From: Deltaproteobacteria bacterium
GTDB lineage: Bacteria; Myxococcota_A; JAADFL01
Assembly (NCBI GenBank): GCA_013152945.1
Contig: JAADFL010000193.1
Span: forward strand, 1,991-65,990
Direction: 5' to 3'
DNA: 64,000 bases
In this document: piece by piece, positions 1-10,900 of the stretch
How the letters are laid out: every line of letters begins with the position of its first letter
Numbering within the stretch: position 1 is the first letter of the stretch
The notes under the pieces: model-generated
The model's input: the letters and a program-made list of their open reading frames with translations, nothing else
Told to the model about the DNA's origin: nothing
The model's database searches: none
Made by a program: the position numbers and the translations under genes

Positions 1-886
1 TGTCATCTCCTATAATCGGTGATGACATCCTGCCTGATTTCAAGCCGCTTCTCTTTGCAGATTCTTCGATCTCTTCGAGCCTGGAATCGTTCAAATCGTG
101 AGGCGCCACGACCAGACCGAACCCCAGGGAACCCAATTTTGCCTGCGTAAAAGCCTTGAACAACATTTGCTCATCTTTCGGATATGTTGAGCCTGCGACT
201 ATCCACTTCATACCTTCATCCAGTTTCGAGAGGTTCGAGGCCCTGTCTGCGCCGGGTTCACCTGCAAGCCTTGCAGCCCGGTCAACCCTGGGGTCCCCGG
301 TTGCCTCGACAGCATCCTTTCTGATTCCCAGGTGTACAAGATTGGATGCACTGCGTTCGCTGGTTGCAGTTGCAAGGGAAAGAAGGGCGTATAGCCTGGA
401 GTACAGCATCCTTGCCGGAAACCTTCGTTTCATGGTGCTCCGCCTGACAACAGCGCCAATCAAGGCCATGGGCACGGATCTTCTGGCTGCCTCGAAAATC
501 ATTCCAGGCCAGAGATCGTACTGGGAGATCAAAACAATGTCAGGCAGAAACATGGAAAAGATCAATTCCATGTTCTTTTTACTGTCAGGAGGAAGAAAAT
601 CAGCCATGCCTGTTCCTGTCGCCAGGTTTCTCGCCGCATCGATTGCAGAAGGAGATGTAACCGTCACCAGCAGGGAAAAGGGCCTGCCCGCCGCTTTTTC
701 AAGCTCAATCAAGACCTGTTCCATCAGGTAGAGTTCGCCCAGGGAAGGCGCATGCACCCATAAACGGGATGAATCCGAATCAGGGAAGTTGAGGGCTGAA
801 AAACGGGCCGGCGAATTTCGCCTTGCCTGCATGGCTACACGCAATTCCTTGTGAAAGCATGATCCCAGCCGGGCAAGGCTCTCCAT
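1..886 (-). CDS. waaA: 3-deoxy-D-manno-octulosonic acid (Kdo) transferase, GT30 family. The N-terminus is at 886 and the C-terminus runs off the window edge.
   Basis: Not in the ORF track because no stop falls inside the window. Manual reverse translation from ATG 886-884 gives MESLARLGS...RLWVHAPSLGELYL...LLVTVTSPSA...SQYDLWPGMIFEAARRSVPMALIGAVV...ATGDPRVD...WIVAGSTYPKDE. This is collinear with E. coli WaaA motifs (HSVSVGE, TVTTMTPTG, ETELWPNLI, VTGSLKFD, WIATSTHEGEE). The plus-strand ORF 156..731 is its antisense shadow. Confidence 0.7.
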   Translation of the reverse strand, partial: MESLARLGSCFHKELRVAMQARRNSPARFSALNFPDSDSSRLWVHAPSLGELYLMEQVLIELEKAAGRPFSLLVTVTSPSAIDAARNLATGTGMADFLPPDSKKNMELIFSMFLPDIVLISQYDLWPGMIFEAARRSVPMALIGAVVRRSTMKRRFPARMLYSRLYALLSLATATSERSASNLVHLGIRKDAVEATGDPRVDRAARLAGEPGADRASNLSKLDEGMKWIVAGSTYPKDEQMLFKAFTQAKLGSLGFGLVVAPHDLNDSRLEEIEESAKRSGLKSGRMSSPIIGDD

Positions 887-893
887 GGCCGGC

Positions 894-1844
894 CTAGCCA
901 GGAACCTGTAAAAACCTTCCATCAGAGTTCCCCTCGGGTCTCTCTTGACGATCCTCGATCCCGAACAACGACGCCGCGCTCCTTCCCTCGATCCATTCAA
1001 TCTCTTCCTTGTCCAGCCCGGCTCTTTCCACGAATCGCATGTACCTTGTCCAGGGAAGCAAGGGGTAGTCGGTTCCCATCATGACATGCTCGGGGCCCAG
1101 GAGATCACAGGCCAGTTTCAAGGCCTTTGGCTTGTAAAGATAGGGTATGGCGGCAGTATCGATGTACACGTTTTCAAGCAAGCCTGCTATGTCCTTCTTG
1201 AGCAGGTTGTAGAAAAAGATGCCTCCTCCCAGGTGTGCGAGAATGATCTTCACTCCCTGGGATTCTTCGAGAAAGGAATAGAGCCCTCTCAGGGTCATCG
1301 GGGCCTTGCCGGGGTACTGGTGGCCCACGGGCTCGTTGACGTGCAGGCACAAAGGCTTGTCATGGCAGGCGCACACATAGGCCAGGTCCAGGAGGGCATC
1401 GAGCGTATCCGGGGTGATATCCCGTCTGTACATGGCGACCTCGCCCAGCACACCTGCCCCTGCAGAGAGCGCCCTGTCCGCTTCCTTTGTCGCGCCCGGG
1501 CTCAAAGGATGGACACATGCAGCAGGTATCAACCTACCGCCGGCCAGTTCCGCCGCCTCCAGGAGATAATCATTGTGCCTCCTGGCCAGTTCGATGTCAC
1601 GCCAGGGAAACCCATACGCAACCGCAAAACCGATTCCATGTTTATCCAGCTCGAAGACAAGGTCTTTCCTGCCGGCCATGCGGACATCGTCGCCGCTGTA
1701 CAGCAATGACAATTGCCTGTCCCTGGCTGCAAAGGCCATATGATCCCGGCGCACCTCCACTGGAAACAAGTGAGTATGCGCATCTATCAACATCCTGCCC
1801 ATCTTTTTGCCCAAGCCTCTTTCTGTATACGCCTTTTTGTACAA
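894..1844 (-). CDS. Metal-dependent TIM-barrel amidohydrolase family protein (amidohydrolase_2-like).
   Basis: 316-aa ORF. The N-terminal motif LIDAHTHLFP is the metal-binding HxH of the amidohydrolase superfamily; later His/Asp residues (CLHVNEP, ILAHLGGG, MMGTDYP) fit the same fold. An alternative start is MGRMLIDAHTHL at about 1802. Confidence 0.6.
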   Translation of the reverse strand: MYKKAYTERGLGKKMGRMLIDAHTHLFPVEVRRDHMAFAARDRQLSLLYSGDDVRMAGRKDLVFELDKHGIGFAVAYGFPWRDIELARRHNDYLLEAAELAGGRLIPAACVHPLSPGATKEADRALSAGAGVLGEVAMYRRDITPDTLDALLDLAYVCACHDKPLCLHVNEPVGHQYPGKAPMTLRGLYSFLEESQGVKIILAHLGGGIFFYNLLKKDIAGLLENVYIDTAAIPYLYKPKALKLACDLLGPEHVMMGTDYPLLPWTRYMRFVERAGLDKEEIEWIEGRSAASLFGIEDRQERPEGNSDGRFLQVPG

Positions 1845-1876
1845 GCCATTTAGTACAAGATCGACAGTTGCACCGG

Positions 1877-3208
1877 TCAGGTTCCGCTGAATTTAACCTT
1901 TTCGAAGACCAGACTCGGCACGCGGACCGAGCTGTACATGTATGGGTCGTTCCCGATTGCAACCAGTTTCTTCCAGAATTCCTTGTGATTGCCGGCCACG
2001 TTCATTTCGGCCACTGCATGTCCCAGCGCCCCCTTTTCAATGTACGTGCCGAATATGCCGAAAGAGAAATCTCCTGTCGTGCTGTTCGAATTGCCTCCGA
2101 TAAAACCGCGAACAAGTATTCCCTTGTCCACTTTTTTAATAAGGCCTGCAAGGCTCTCGTCACCGGGCGGTATTACAAGGTTCGAGGAATCGCCCGTGGT
2201 GGGAGCCATGTTCAGTTTCTTTGCATAGTATGTCCCGATATAGAAATTCCTGAACACCCCCTTTTCGAATACCGGGAACTTTTTTGCCGATATGCCCTCG
2301 CCGTCGAACAACCTTGAACCAAAGCCGGACTCGATGAACGGATCGTCCATGATTGTGAGCAGGCTGCTTCCAATTTCCTTTCCCTGCATTCCTTCGAGAA
2401 AGGATCTCTTCTGCTGCAGAGATCTTCCCGAGGTGGCGCCCATCAGATGTGACAAGAAGCTTCCCACGGTCCTGTTCTCGATTATCATCGTATAATCGCC
2501 GGTGGGAAGCTTGCCTGCATCGCACCTGGCAAGGGCATGCTCCACTGCCTCGGCGGCGATGTCCCCGGCGGGCCGCAGGCCTTTCTTGAATCTCGAACCT
2601 CCCTCGGCCCATCCCGAGGGCTTCTTGTCGCCCTTGTCCCTGACCGTAACCTGTGCCCACCCCCAATAGCTCGTTCTTTGGGTATAACCGGAGAATCCAT
2701 TGGAGTACAACAAAAATGATTCTCCTTCACTCTCATCGTACCCGCCTTCAGCCGAGATGACCTTGTCGCCACCCTTTTTCGTGGTCGCCGCTTCTATTTG
2801 CGCCGAGTACTCGTTTCTAAACTCGGGCGTCACACCGGTAATAAGCGGATCGTACAATTTCAGGTCTATATCCTTTCTTCCCTTGTACAACGAGGGATCG
2901 GGCATGACCCTGTACGGATCAGGTTTCATGGCCTTGGCCATTGCAACCACTGTGTCCAGGAATTGCTCCAAGGCGGCAGGCCTCAGGTCATTGGTGGACG
3001 ATGCAGAATACTTTCCATCGATGTAAATGTTGATCGCAAGGCCGCTGGAATTGGACTCGGTTATCCTGTCGGGTTTCCCTTTCCTGTACACCACGGACAC
3101 ATCCCTCGATTTGCCCATGCTCGCCCGCACGCCCTTTGCACCGCGCTTTTTGGCCCCCTGTACTGCTGTTGCAACCAGGTCTTCCATTTCTTTTTTGTTA
3201 TTCTTCAT
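1877..3208 (-). CDS. pmbA: PmbA/TldE-family metalloprotease partner subunit (peptidase U62), no signal peptide.
   Basis: 443-aa ORF with TldD/PmbA-family similarity throughout. It lacks the HExxxH motif, so it is the PmbA/TldE-type subunit. The N-terminus is hydrophilic. Its 4-nt end overlaps the upstream tldD (3205-3208). Confidence 0.75.
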   Translation of the reverse strand: MKNNKKEMEDLVATAVQGAKKRGAKGVRASMGKSRDVSVVYRKGKPDRITESNSSGLAINIYIDGKYSASSTNDLRPAALEQFLDTVVAMAKAMKPDPYRVMPDPSLYKGRKDIDLKLYDPLITGVTPEFRNEYSAQIEAATTKKGGDKVISAEGGYDESEGESFLLYSNGFSGYTQRTSYWGWAQVTVRDKGDKKPSGWAEGGSRFKKGLRPAGDIAAEAVEHALARCDAGKLPTGDYTMIIENRTVGSFLSHLMGATSGRSLQQKRSFLEGMQGKEIGSSLLTIMDDPFIESGFGSRLFDGEGISAKKFPVFEKGVFRNFYIGTYYAKKLNMAPTTGDSSNLVIPPGDESLAGLIKKVDKGILVRGFIGGNSNSTTGDFSFGIFGTYIEKGALGHAVAEMNVAGNHKEFWKKLVAIGNDPYMYSSVRVPSLVFEKVKFSGT

Positions 3209-4770
3209 GATTTCACCCCACCGACGGTAATGGAAGAAACCTTGACCGTGGGCAGCCCGAATCCGACCGGCACGCCCTGCCCTTCCTTTCCACAGGTGCC
3301 GCCTCCTTCCTCTATTTTCTCGTCATTGCCTACCATTACCACCTTGGACAAGGTATCCGGGCCGTTGCCGACCAAGTTAACGTCCTTTATTGGTGCTGTA
3401 ATCTTTCCATTTTCAATCATGTACCCGACTTTTACGTAAAAACTGTAATCTCCGGCTCCAATCGTCACCTGGCCATTGGAGAAATTCTCTGCATATATTC
3501 CCTTTTTCACCGACTTGACGATCTCTTCCGGATCGTCAGGCCCGCTTTCCATTGTAGTAATCCTCATCCTGGGAATGGGGATGTACCTGAAACTCTCCCG
3601 CCTGCCGTTGCCGGTGCGCTTGACCTTGAAATAGCCGGCGCTGATACGATCGTGCATGTAGGAGACGAGCTTGCCGTTTTCGACCAAGACCGTTCTCTGG
3701 CCCGGGGTTCCCTCGTCGTCTACGTTGATTGAGCCCCTGGCCCCTGGTACAAGAGCCGTGTCCACGATGGTCACGAACGGAGGCGCGATTTTCTTGCCCA
3801 TCATGGTCGAGTATATGGAGGTCTTCTTGCGGTTAAAATCTGCTTCGAAGCCATGCCCCATTGCCTCATGCAGGAGTATTCCGGAGGTTCCCGGAGCCAA
3901 CACCACAGGCATCTCGCCTGCAGGAGGTTCAACTGCATCGAAAAGCAGCATGGTCTTTCTCACGGCTTGCTTTGCTATCTTTTCCAGGAAGCTGTCCGGG
4001 TGGTAATAACCGGGTCCTTTCCTTTGTGACCTCGAGTGCCAATTGGTCTCTCTCCTGCCGTTCCTCTCTGCAACGCACGTGGCATATATGAATGTCATAG
4101 GCCTTGTATCCTCTACGAACAGGCCGTCTGAATTGGCCACTGCCATTACCTCGTCCTCGTCGCCGAACCACACCGAAGACTTGATGATCGCCTTGTCCAG
4201 TGACGGCATCTTATCGCCCACCTTTCGTGCGATGGCGATTTTCCTGTCCGGCGCCACATGGATCCAGACCCTCTTTCTCTCGTACATGTCGGGTATCTTC
4301 TCTCCCTTGAACGAACCGGTAAAGTTGCCGGGCGTTCCGGATGCTATTGCAGCAGCAGTTTCGGCCGCCCTTTTAAGGCTCTTTGGGGTAAGCTCCTCTG
4401 TGTAAGCATACCCTGTCTGCTCGCCTTTCAGGACCCGGACTCCGGCCCCAAGGTCGATATCGGCGTAAGCCCGGTTCACCTGGCCGTCCTCGTACCCAAT
4501 GTAGTCCCTTACACGGTGTTGCAGGAAAATCTCGCAAAAATCACCGCCCTTGGACATTCCCTGCCTGATGGCGCTCCTAAGAACGCCGGAATCCATGCCG
4601 AAATTCTTTTCGAAATACCCGCCCATACCCGCGCCCAGAACAGACGGTTTTATACCCGCCGCTTCGTGTGCGCACGATGTCAATATGTTCGATCCTACTG
4701 CAACCGCAAGTGTCCCGGCTGCTCCAGCCTTTATGAATTCCCTTCGATCGATCTTCTTCATCCAATGCAC
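3205..4770 (-). CDS. tldD: TldD-family metalloprotease (peptidase U62) with a predicted twin-arginine signal and lipobox.
   Basis: 521-aa ORF. HEAMGHGFEADFN is the TldD zinc-binding motif. The N-terminus MKKIDRREFIKAGAAGTLAVAVGSNILTSC carries a Tat consensus (RREFIKAG), an h-region, then an L-T-S-C lipobox. Confidence 0.8.
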   Translation of the reverse strand: MHWMKKIDRREFIKAGAAGTLAVAVGSNILTSCAHEAAGIKPSVLGAGMGGYFEKNFGMDSGVLRSAIRQGMSKGGDFCEIFLQHRVRDYIGYEDGQVNRAYADIDLGAGVRVLKGEQTGYAYTEELTPKSLKRAAETAAAIASGTPGNFTGSFKGEKIPDMYERKRVWIHVAPDRKIAIARKVGDKMPSLDKAIIKSSVWFGDEDEVMAVANSDGLFVEDTRPMTFIYATCVAERNGRRETNWHSRSQRKGPGYYHPDSFLEKIAKQAVRKTMLLFDAVEPPAGEMPVVLAPGTSGILLHEAMGHGFEADFNRKKTSIYSTMMGKKIAPPFVTIVDTALVPGARGSINVDDEGTPGQRTVLVENGKLVSYMHDRISAGYFKVKRTGNGRRESFRYIPIPRMRITTMESGPDDPEEIVKSVKKGIYAENFSNGQVTIGAGDYSFYVKVGYMIENGKITAPIKDVNLVGNGPDTLSKVVMVGNDEKIEEGGGTCGKEGQGVPVGFGLPTVKVSSITVGGVKS

Positions 4771-4821
4771 CTCCGGGGTTCGAATTTTATTTCGTGTAGT
4801 TATGATTATAAGCCGTGCAAG

Positions 4822-6444
4822 TCAACCAATCAACGAATCCTCATAGTCCTTCACTTTTTCGTAACCAAGAATATTCAATAATGTTGCCGCAACATTCGCC
4901 AATCCGGGTTCACGGACATTGCTTGACCCAAAACCCTTGCCCGGCCTGGAGTCCACTATGGCAAAGGGCACGGGATTCAATGTATGGGCTGTAAAAGGAA
5001 TTCTCCTGCCATCTCTTTCAGTAAACATGATCTCGCAATTTCCGTGATCAGCCGTTACAAGAGCAACACCTCCAAGCCCGATCACCTTGTCCACCAGCCT
5101 TCCCACGCAGGTATCCACGGCCTCCATTGCCTTTATCGCGGCATCGAGAACCCCTGTATGACCCACCATGTCGCCATTCGCGAAATTCACCCTTCCCCAC
5201 TTGTAATTGCCGGAAACAAGCAGGTCCTCCACCTCCCGGGCCACCTCGAATGCCTTCATTTCAGGCTTTTCATCGAATCTCATCTTGTCTGACGGTACTT
5301 CGATATATTTTTCCAGGTTCCCGTCTATGTAACCGGACCTGTTGCCGTTCCAAAAGTAGGTGACATGTCCGAATTTCTGGGTTTCAGCAACAGCAAATGA
5401 AGTGATCCCCATTGCGCACAAATACTCGGAGATTGTCCTGTCTATTGCCGGCGGCTCCACAAGGTATTCCTTCGGCACGTGGGTATCTCCATCGTATTCC
5501 ATCATTCCTGCATAGAGCACGTCAGGCGCCCTTACACGGTCGAATTTGTCGAAATCAGGGCCTTCCTCAAAAGCCCTGCTTATCTCTATGGCCCGGTCTC
5601 CCCTGAAATTAAAGAACAACACGCAGTCGCCGTCCAGAATGCTTCCAACCGGTCCGCTCTCGTCCGCCACTACGAACGAGGGCAAGTACTGGTCGGTAAT
5701 CGACGGGTCTTCCCGGTAGTACGTTCCGACCGCCTCCCTCGCAGACCCGAACCTTCGGGCTTGTCCCAGTACGTGTGCTTTCCATCCCCTTTCCACCACG
5801 GACCAGTCAGCCTCGTAACGATCCATGGTCGTAACCATGCGGCCCCCGCCGGAGGCTATTCGATAATCCACACCTCTTTCCCTGTTGAGCGATGACAGGA
5901 GATGCTCGGTCATGTCGATATACTTGAGGGCCGACTTCTCTTCCACGTCCCTGCCGTCGAGCAAGGCGTGTATCCTCAAGCGGCCCACCTGCTCCCCGGC
6001 AGCCTGCTTGACCAGTGCAAAGAGATGGTCGATGTGGGAATGCACGTTGCCGTCCGACAGCAGGCCGATCATGTGCAATGTCCCCCCTTTTCCGCACCTT
6101 TGCAGCATTGCCTTCCACACACGGCCGTTGAAGACCTTCTTGCTCTCTATGGCCTGGTTGACGAGCCTCGCGCCCTGGGCGAACACCCTGCCTGCGCCGA
6201 GCGCATTGTGGCCCACCTCGGAGTTACCCATATCCTTGTCGGACGGCAGGCCCACGGCAGTGCCATGGGCCTTGAGCCTGGCTATCATATGCGTTGAAAG
6301 TATGTTATCCAGGTTCGGAGTGCGCGCAAGGTAAAAGGCATTAGCCGGGCCCTGTTCCCCAAGCCCTACCCCGTCCATGATGATTAGCAGCACAGGCCCG
6401 TTCGGCCCTTCGAACCTCTGGGATTTCTCAAGTTCCAGTTGCAA
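4822..6444 (-). CDS. gpmI: 2,3-bisphosphoglycerate-independent phosphoglycerate mutase.
   Basis: 540-aa ORF. GNSEVGHNALGAGR and the metal-binding histidines (DGRD..., HSHIDH) are diagnostic of iPGM. Confidence 0.85.
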   Translation of the reverse strand: MQLELEKSQRFEGPNGPVLLIIMDGVGLGEQGPANAFYLARTPNLDNILSTHMIARLKAHGTAVGLPSDKDMGNSEVGHNALGAGRVFAQGARLVNQAIESKKVFNGRVWKAMLQRCGKGGTLHMIGLLSDGNVHSHIDHLFALVKQAAGEQVGRLRIHALLDGRDVEEKSALKYIDMTEHLLSSLNRERGVDYRIASGGGRMVTTMDRYEADWSVVERGWKAHVLGQARRFGSAREAVGTYYREDPSITDQYLPSFVVADESGPVGSILDGDCVLFFNFRGDRAIEISRAFEEGPDFDKFDRVRAPDVLYAGMMEYDGDTHVPKEYLVEPPAIDRTISEYLCAMGITSFAVAETQKFGHVTYFWNGNRSGYIDGNLEKYIEVPSDKMRFDEKPEMKAFEVAREVEDLLVSGNYKWGRVNFANGDMVGHTGVLDAAIKAMEAVDTCVGRLVDKVIGLGGVALVTADHGNCEIMFTERDGRRIPFTAHTLNPVPFAIVDSRPGKGFGSSNVREPGLANVAATLLNILGYEKVKDYEDSLIG

Positions 6445-6516
6445 GACACACCCCCTTGTTCAAGGCCTGCCCATGAAAACAGGGCCGATGGCGCCGGGAA
6501 TGAAAAAGATATACTT

Positions 6517-7971
6517 CTATTTCGAGAAAGGCAACGGTTCACCGCACGAAAGCAAGAGATCGAGAACCGCTGTAGCCAGGTCCAACCTGGCCTTTAGTTC
6601 CTGTGCATCCGATGCGTACGCCATGGTGTTTGCGTCCAGCACCTCGAGGTGCGTGGCCGCGCCCGCCATTTCACTGGCCCTGGCCAATGCCTGTGTATCC
6701 CTTGCCACCTCGGCCTGCCTCTCGGCCAGCTCGAGGGCGGCCTTGGCATCCACCAGGGCCTTGTAAGCCGATTCCACGTCACTGACTATCTTATTCTCCA
6801 CGTCCCTTGCAGCGAGTTCCGCTTGTTTCAACTTCGACTTTGCCGTCTTGAGCTGTGCCTCCCTTATTCCGCCGTCCCAAAGGTTCATGCTCAGCGTAGC
6901 GCCGATCGTCCACGAAAAGGGATCGTCATCGAACCTCTGGTGCTCGTTGTTGTCGAGCTTTGCCTGGCCGAACAGATTCAGACTCGGAAAGTACTTTGTC
7001 CATACCTTGTTCAGATTCTGCTGCGCCACTTTCACCTCGATTTCCGCCGCCGCCAGGTCTTTCCTCTTTTTCTTAGCCCTCTCCAGCCATTGGTCGAGAC
7101 TTGTCTCCGATGCATATGATTTCATCGACTCGATGCCCGGCTCTTTCACTTCAAACCCGCCTCTTATACCTGTAAGGTATCGAAACCCGGATTTCGCCCT
7201 TGCAAGGGCCGCTGTTATCTCCGCCTTCCGGGATTGCGCGCTCGTAACCTCCAACTCGGCCCTCTTTACCTCGAGCTTGGTTGCTGTCTGCAGGTTGGCC
7301 CGGACTTTGCTGCTTTCATAGTGCTCTCTTGCCCTGTCAAGGGATCGCTGGGCCACCCGCACCATGCTTTGCAAGGACACAAGGCCCATGTAAGCCTTAG
7401 CCACGTTGTACAAGAGTTTATCCCTGCCGTATGCCACACGCTGAAGTATTGAATCGTACATTTCGTACGAACCCTTCAGGTTGAATATGGCCTCCGGGTT
7501 TATTACCGGAATCATCAGGGAAAACGTGCCTGCAATCGTATCCCTGACAGGAACGAAATCCGCCATGCTGCTGCCGGAGGTTTGCTCCTTCATCATGTCC
7601 ATGTACGGCAGGAACCTGTCCGCCGTATCCGGGTGCTTTTCCACAACTGTTTGCACCAGTGTGCCCATCACCTCTCCAATATCCGCAAACTGTGAAAAAT
7701 CCGGAACGTGGCGCTCACCCATGTGTACCCATTGGACCTCGGCTGAAAGCTTGGGCAGCAACAGTCCTATGGAAAGCTCCTTGAGCGCCCGGCCCTGGAC
7801 CAGGTTTTCCTTGAGTGATTTCCAGGTAATGTTGTTGTGCCTGGTGCTCTCGATCGCCTGCCCTATGGTAACAAGTCTTTTGCCGGGCCCGGCGGCAGCG
7901 ACCCTTGTGCCGAACAGGAGAAACAGCAACAGCCATGGCGCCAACAATTTAAAACCGGGTTCAGTCCGCAT
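6517..7971 (-). CDS. TolC-family outer-membrane efflux protein of a tripartite RND system.
   Basis: 484-aa ORF with a signal peptide (LLAPWLLLFLLFGTRVAAA). The two-repeat coiled-coil/beta-barrel OEP architecture is visible. It lies 4 nt downstream of the RND permease gene. Confidence 0.75.
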   Translation of the reverse strand: MRTEPGFKLLAPWLLLFLLFGTRVAAAGPGKRLVTIGQAIESTRHNNITWKSLKENLVQGRALKELSIGLLLPKLSAEVQWVHMGERHVPDFSQFADIGEVMGTLVQTVVEKHPDTADRFLPYMDMMKEQTSGSSMADFVPVRDTIAGTFSLMIPVINPEAIFNLKGSYEMYDSILQRVAYGRDKLLYNVAKAYMGLVSLQSMVRVAQRSLDRAREHYESSKVRANLQTATKLEVKRAELEVTSAQSRKAEITAALARAKSGFRYLTGIRGGFEVKEPGIESMKSYASETSLDQWLERAKKKRKDLAAAEIEVKVAQQNLNKVWTKYFPSLNLFGQAKLDNNEHQRFDDDPFSWTIGATLSMNLWDGGIREAQLKTAKSKLKQAELAARDVENKIVSDVESAYKALVDAKAALELAERQAEVARDTQALARASEMAGAATHLEVLDANTMAYASDAQELKARLDLATAVLDLLLSCGEPLPFSK

Positions 7972-7975
7972 GATA

Positions 7976-10900
7976 TCAACCCTCCTCTACCATGGGCCTG
8001 ACCGTCTTCCTTGCAAACAAGGTGTACATCGTGGGCACCACGAACAATGTAAACAAGGTGGCGGTCAAAAGGCCTCCGATTACAGCCTTTGCCATGCCTG
8101 ACCAGCCTGCGGATCCCTCCCCTATTTCCAAGGCAAGGGGCACCATTGCCAGTATCGTGGTCAGGCTCGTCATCAGGACCGGCCGCATCCTGATCCTCGC
8201 AGCCTTGGCTATCGCCTCCACACGGCCGACGCCCCGCTGCCTGAATTGGTTGGCTGCATCAACCATTACTATGCCGTTGTTCACCACGATCCCAACGAGC
8301 ATGATTACTCCAACAAGTGATGAAATATCCATGGTACTGCCCGTAAGGCTGAACATCAAGACAACGCCGATACCTGCCAGGGGCACTGTGAAGATGATGA
8401 TAAAAGGTTGCCTGAAAGACTCGAACTGGCTCGCCATTACCATGTAAACCAGGAATATGGATATTAGCAGGGCCAGCCCCAGGTACTTGAAGGAAGTCTG
8501 GAAATCCTCCGCCGTTCCACCGATGTAATAGCTGAAGTCTTCAGGCCAGGGATAGCTCTTCAGCAGTTTGTCGACGGCTGCAATGGACCTTCCAAGGTCC
8601 TTGCGATGTTCATTGCCGTCCTTGTCTTTGTAACTCGCCTTCAGGTAACAAAGGAGCCTTGTCACCCTGCCCTGGTCCAACCTCGTGATATCCACGGGTC
8701 CGAGATCCATGGTGATGTGCGCCACGTTTTCCAGGGGCACCACCTTGCCGGTGGGAGTTACGATCGGCGCACTGCGGATCTCATCGAGGTTCAGCCTGTG
8801 TTTCTTCGCGTACCTGACTATGATGTCGTACTCGTCTCCCCCCTCCGAGTAACGTCCCGCAAGCTTGCCCATGAAATATGCCGAAACAGCACTGCCCACC
8901 GCTGCCGTCGAAAGCCCGAGCCTGGCCATCTTGGGCCTGTCGAATACTATCCTGACCTCGGGTTTCTTCTCTTCCATGGAAAAATTGACTGCCGCCATCT
9001 GCGGCATCTTCAACAGATCATCCTTGAGTTGAAGTCCAATCTCCCTGGACTTGTCCAGGTCGTGTCCCCTGATCTGGACCTCGATGTCTCCCTCGCCGCC
9101 CATGGGGTTGAAAGGCATCGCCACCGTCACCTTAATGCCGGGCACGTCGGACAGGGCCTTTCTTACAGCGTCTTCCAGCTCTTTTTGACTCCTCTTCCTG
9201 TGGTCCGGGGAAACCAGCGGCACCCTTATGTTCCCGGCATGTATGCCCTTTGAGAAAAACGCCGCAAAATCCTTGCCCACCCCCACGTCCAGGGCGATCA
9301 TCCTCCTCTCTTCAGGCTTTACGACCTGTTTCACCTTTTTTTCGACCTCCTTGAAAACCTTGTACGTCTCGCCCAGCTTGTTGCCGACCGGAGTCTCTAT
9401 GGAGATGAAAAGCATGGACTGGTCATCCTCTGCCACGAACTCCGTGGGAAGCATGATTGCCAGAAGCACTGTAAGCGCCAGGATACCGAGTAATCCTACT
9501 CCCACCACCCACCTGTGCGATAATGTCCAGTCGAGGGTCCTGCCGTAACGCTCCCGAAGGGTGATGAATACATCATGCTCCCTTGCCCTTTTGAGCAGGC
9601 GCTTGGCCCTCTCACTGCCCAGTAGTCTCGATGCGGACAAAGGAATAAAGCTCAATGCGACAATAAGCGACACGGTCAGGGAAAAACATATGGTTATCGC
9701 CATGTCCTTGAACATGACACCGGCAATGCCCGGAACAAAGAGAATCGGGACGAATACGGACACTGTCGTCAAGGTAGAGGCAGTGACTGCTGTCCCGACC
9801 TCCTTTGCGCCGCGCACGGCCGCATCCCAGCCTCCGACTCCTTCTTCACGCAACCTGAATATGTTTTCGAGCACCACTATCGCGTTGTCCACAAGCATGC
9901 CTATGGCAAGGGCCAGGCCGGACATAGATAGTATGTTCAGTGTCATGCCGGCCTCGTCCATTACAGCGAACGTGGCTATTACTGACAGTGGTATGGCAGA
10001 CGCCACTATGAGTGAACTCCGCATGTTCTTCAGGAACAGCAACAGCACCAGGAATGTTATAACAACGCCGATCATGGCGGTTGAGGACAGGTTGCCGAGA
10101 GACTGGTGAATAAAGTCGGCCTGGTTGAACACCACCTTGAAGTCTATGTCCGCAGCAGTAGCCTTTTTTATCCCCGGAAGCGCGGCCATGACATTGTCGG
10201 CCGCCAGGACAGTGTTTGCTCCGGACTGTTTTCTCACCACCATGAATACGGCCGGCTTATCGTCGACTTCCAGGATCCTCCTGCTCTCGTAGAATGTGTC
10301 TTCGACCCTTGCCACTTCCTTGAGGGTAATAGGCTCTGGGCCGTATTCGCCCTTTTTCATGCCTACGACCACGTCGCCTATCTCTTCCACGCTCCTGTAC
10401 TTGCCCTCGGTCTTGATTGTGAAATCCAGTCTGCCCTGTTCTATGGAGCCGCCCGGGACCTGGGTATTCTCACGGTATACCGCGCCCACGACAGCATTTA
10501 CGTCCAGGCCGAAGGCAGCCACCTTGTTCGGGTCGAGCACGACGTGGATCTCGCGTTCAAGCCCTCCATGGGTGTCGGCGGAAGCGATCCCGGTCACCCT
10601 TGCCAACCTGGGCTCGACCTCCTTTTCTGCTATTTGCCTGAGCTTGTCCAACGGGTAAGGGCCTGTGATCATCATCATGACCACGGGTTGCAACGAGGGA
10701 TCAAATGCAAAGATGATGGGTTCCTGGGCATCGTCCGGCAGGAACCTCTTGATAAGCTCGATCTTCCTCCTGACATCTGTTTCAGCTTGCTCCATGTCCT
10801 TGCCCCAGTCGAACTTGACCTCGACAAGTGAACTGCCCTGCTTGGACGTGGAGTGAATCTCGGTGGCGCCCTTGGCAGAGGACACGGCCCCCTCGATCGG

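Noticed and set aside
156-731. 191-aa plus-strand ORF at the left edge.
   Set aside because: It is the antisense shadow of the edge-truncated minus-strand Kdo transferase gene. It has a low-complexity Ser/Ala/Leu-rich translation and no RBS. The minus strand gives a clean WaaA alignment.
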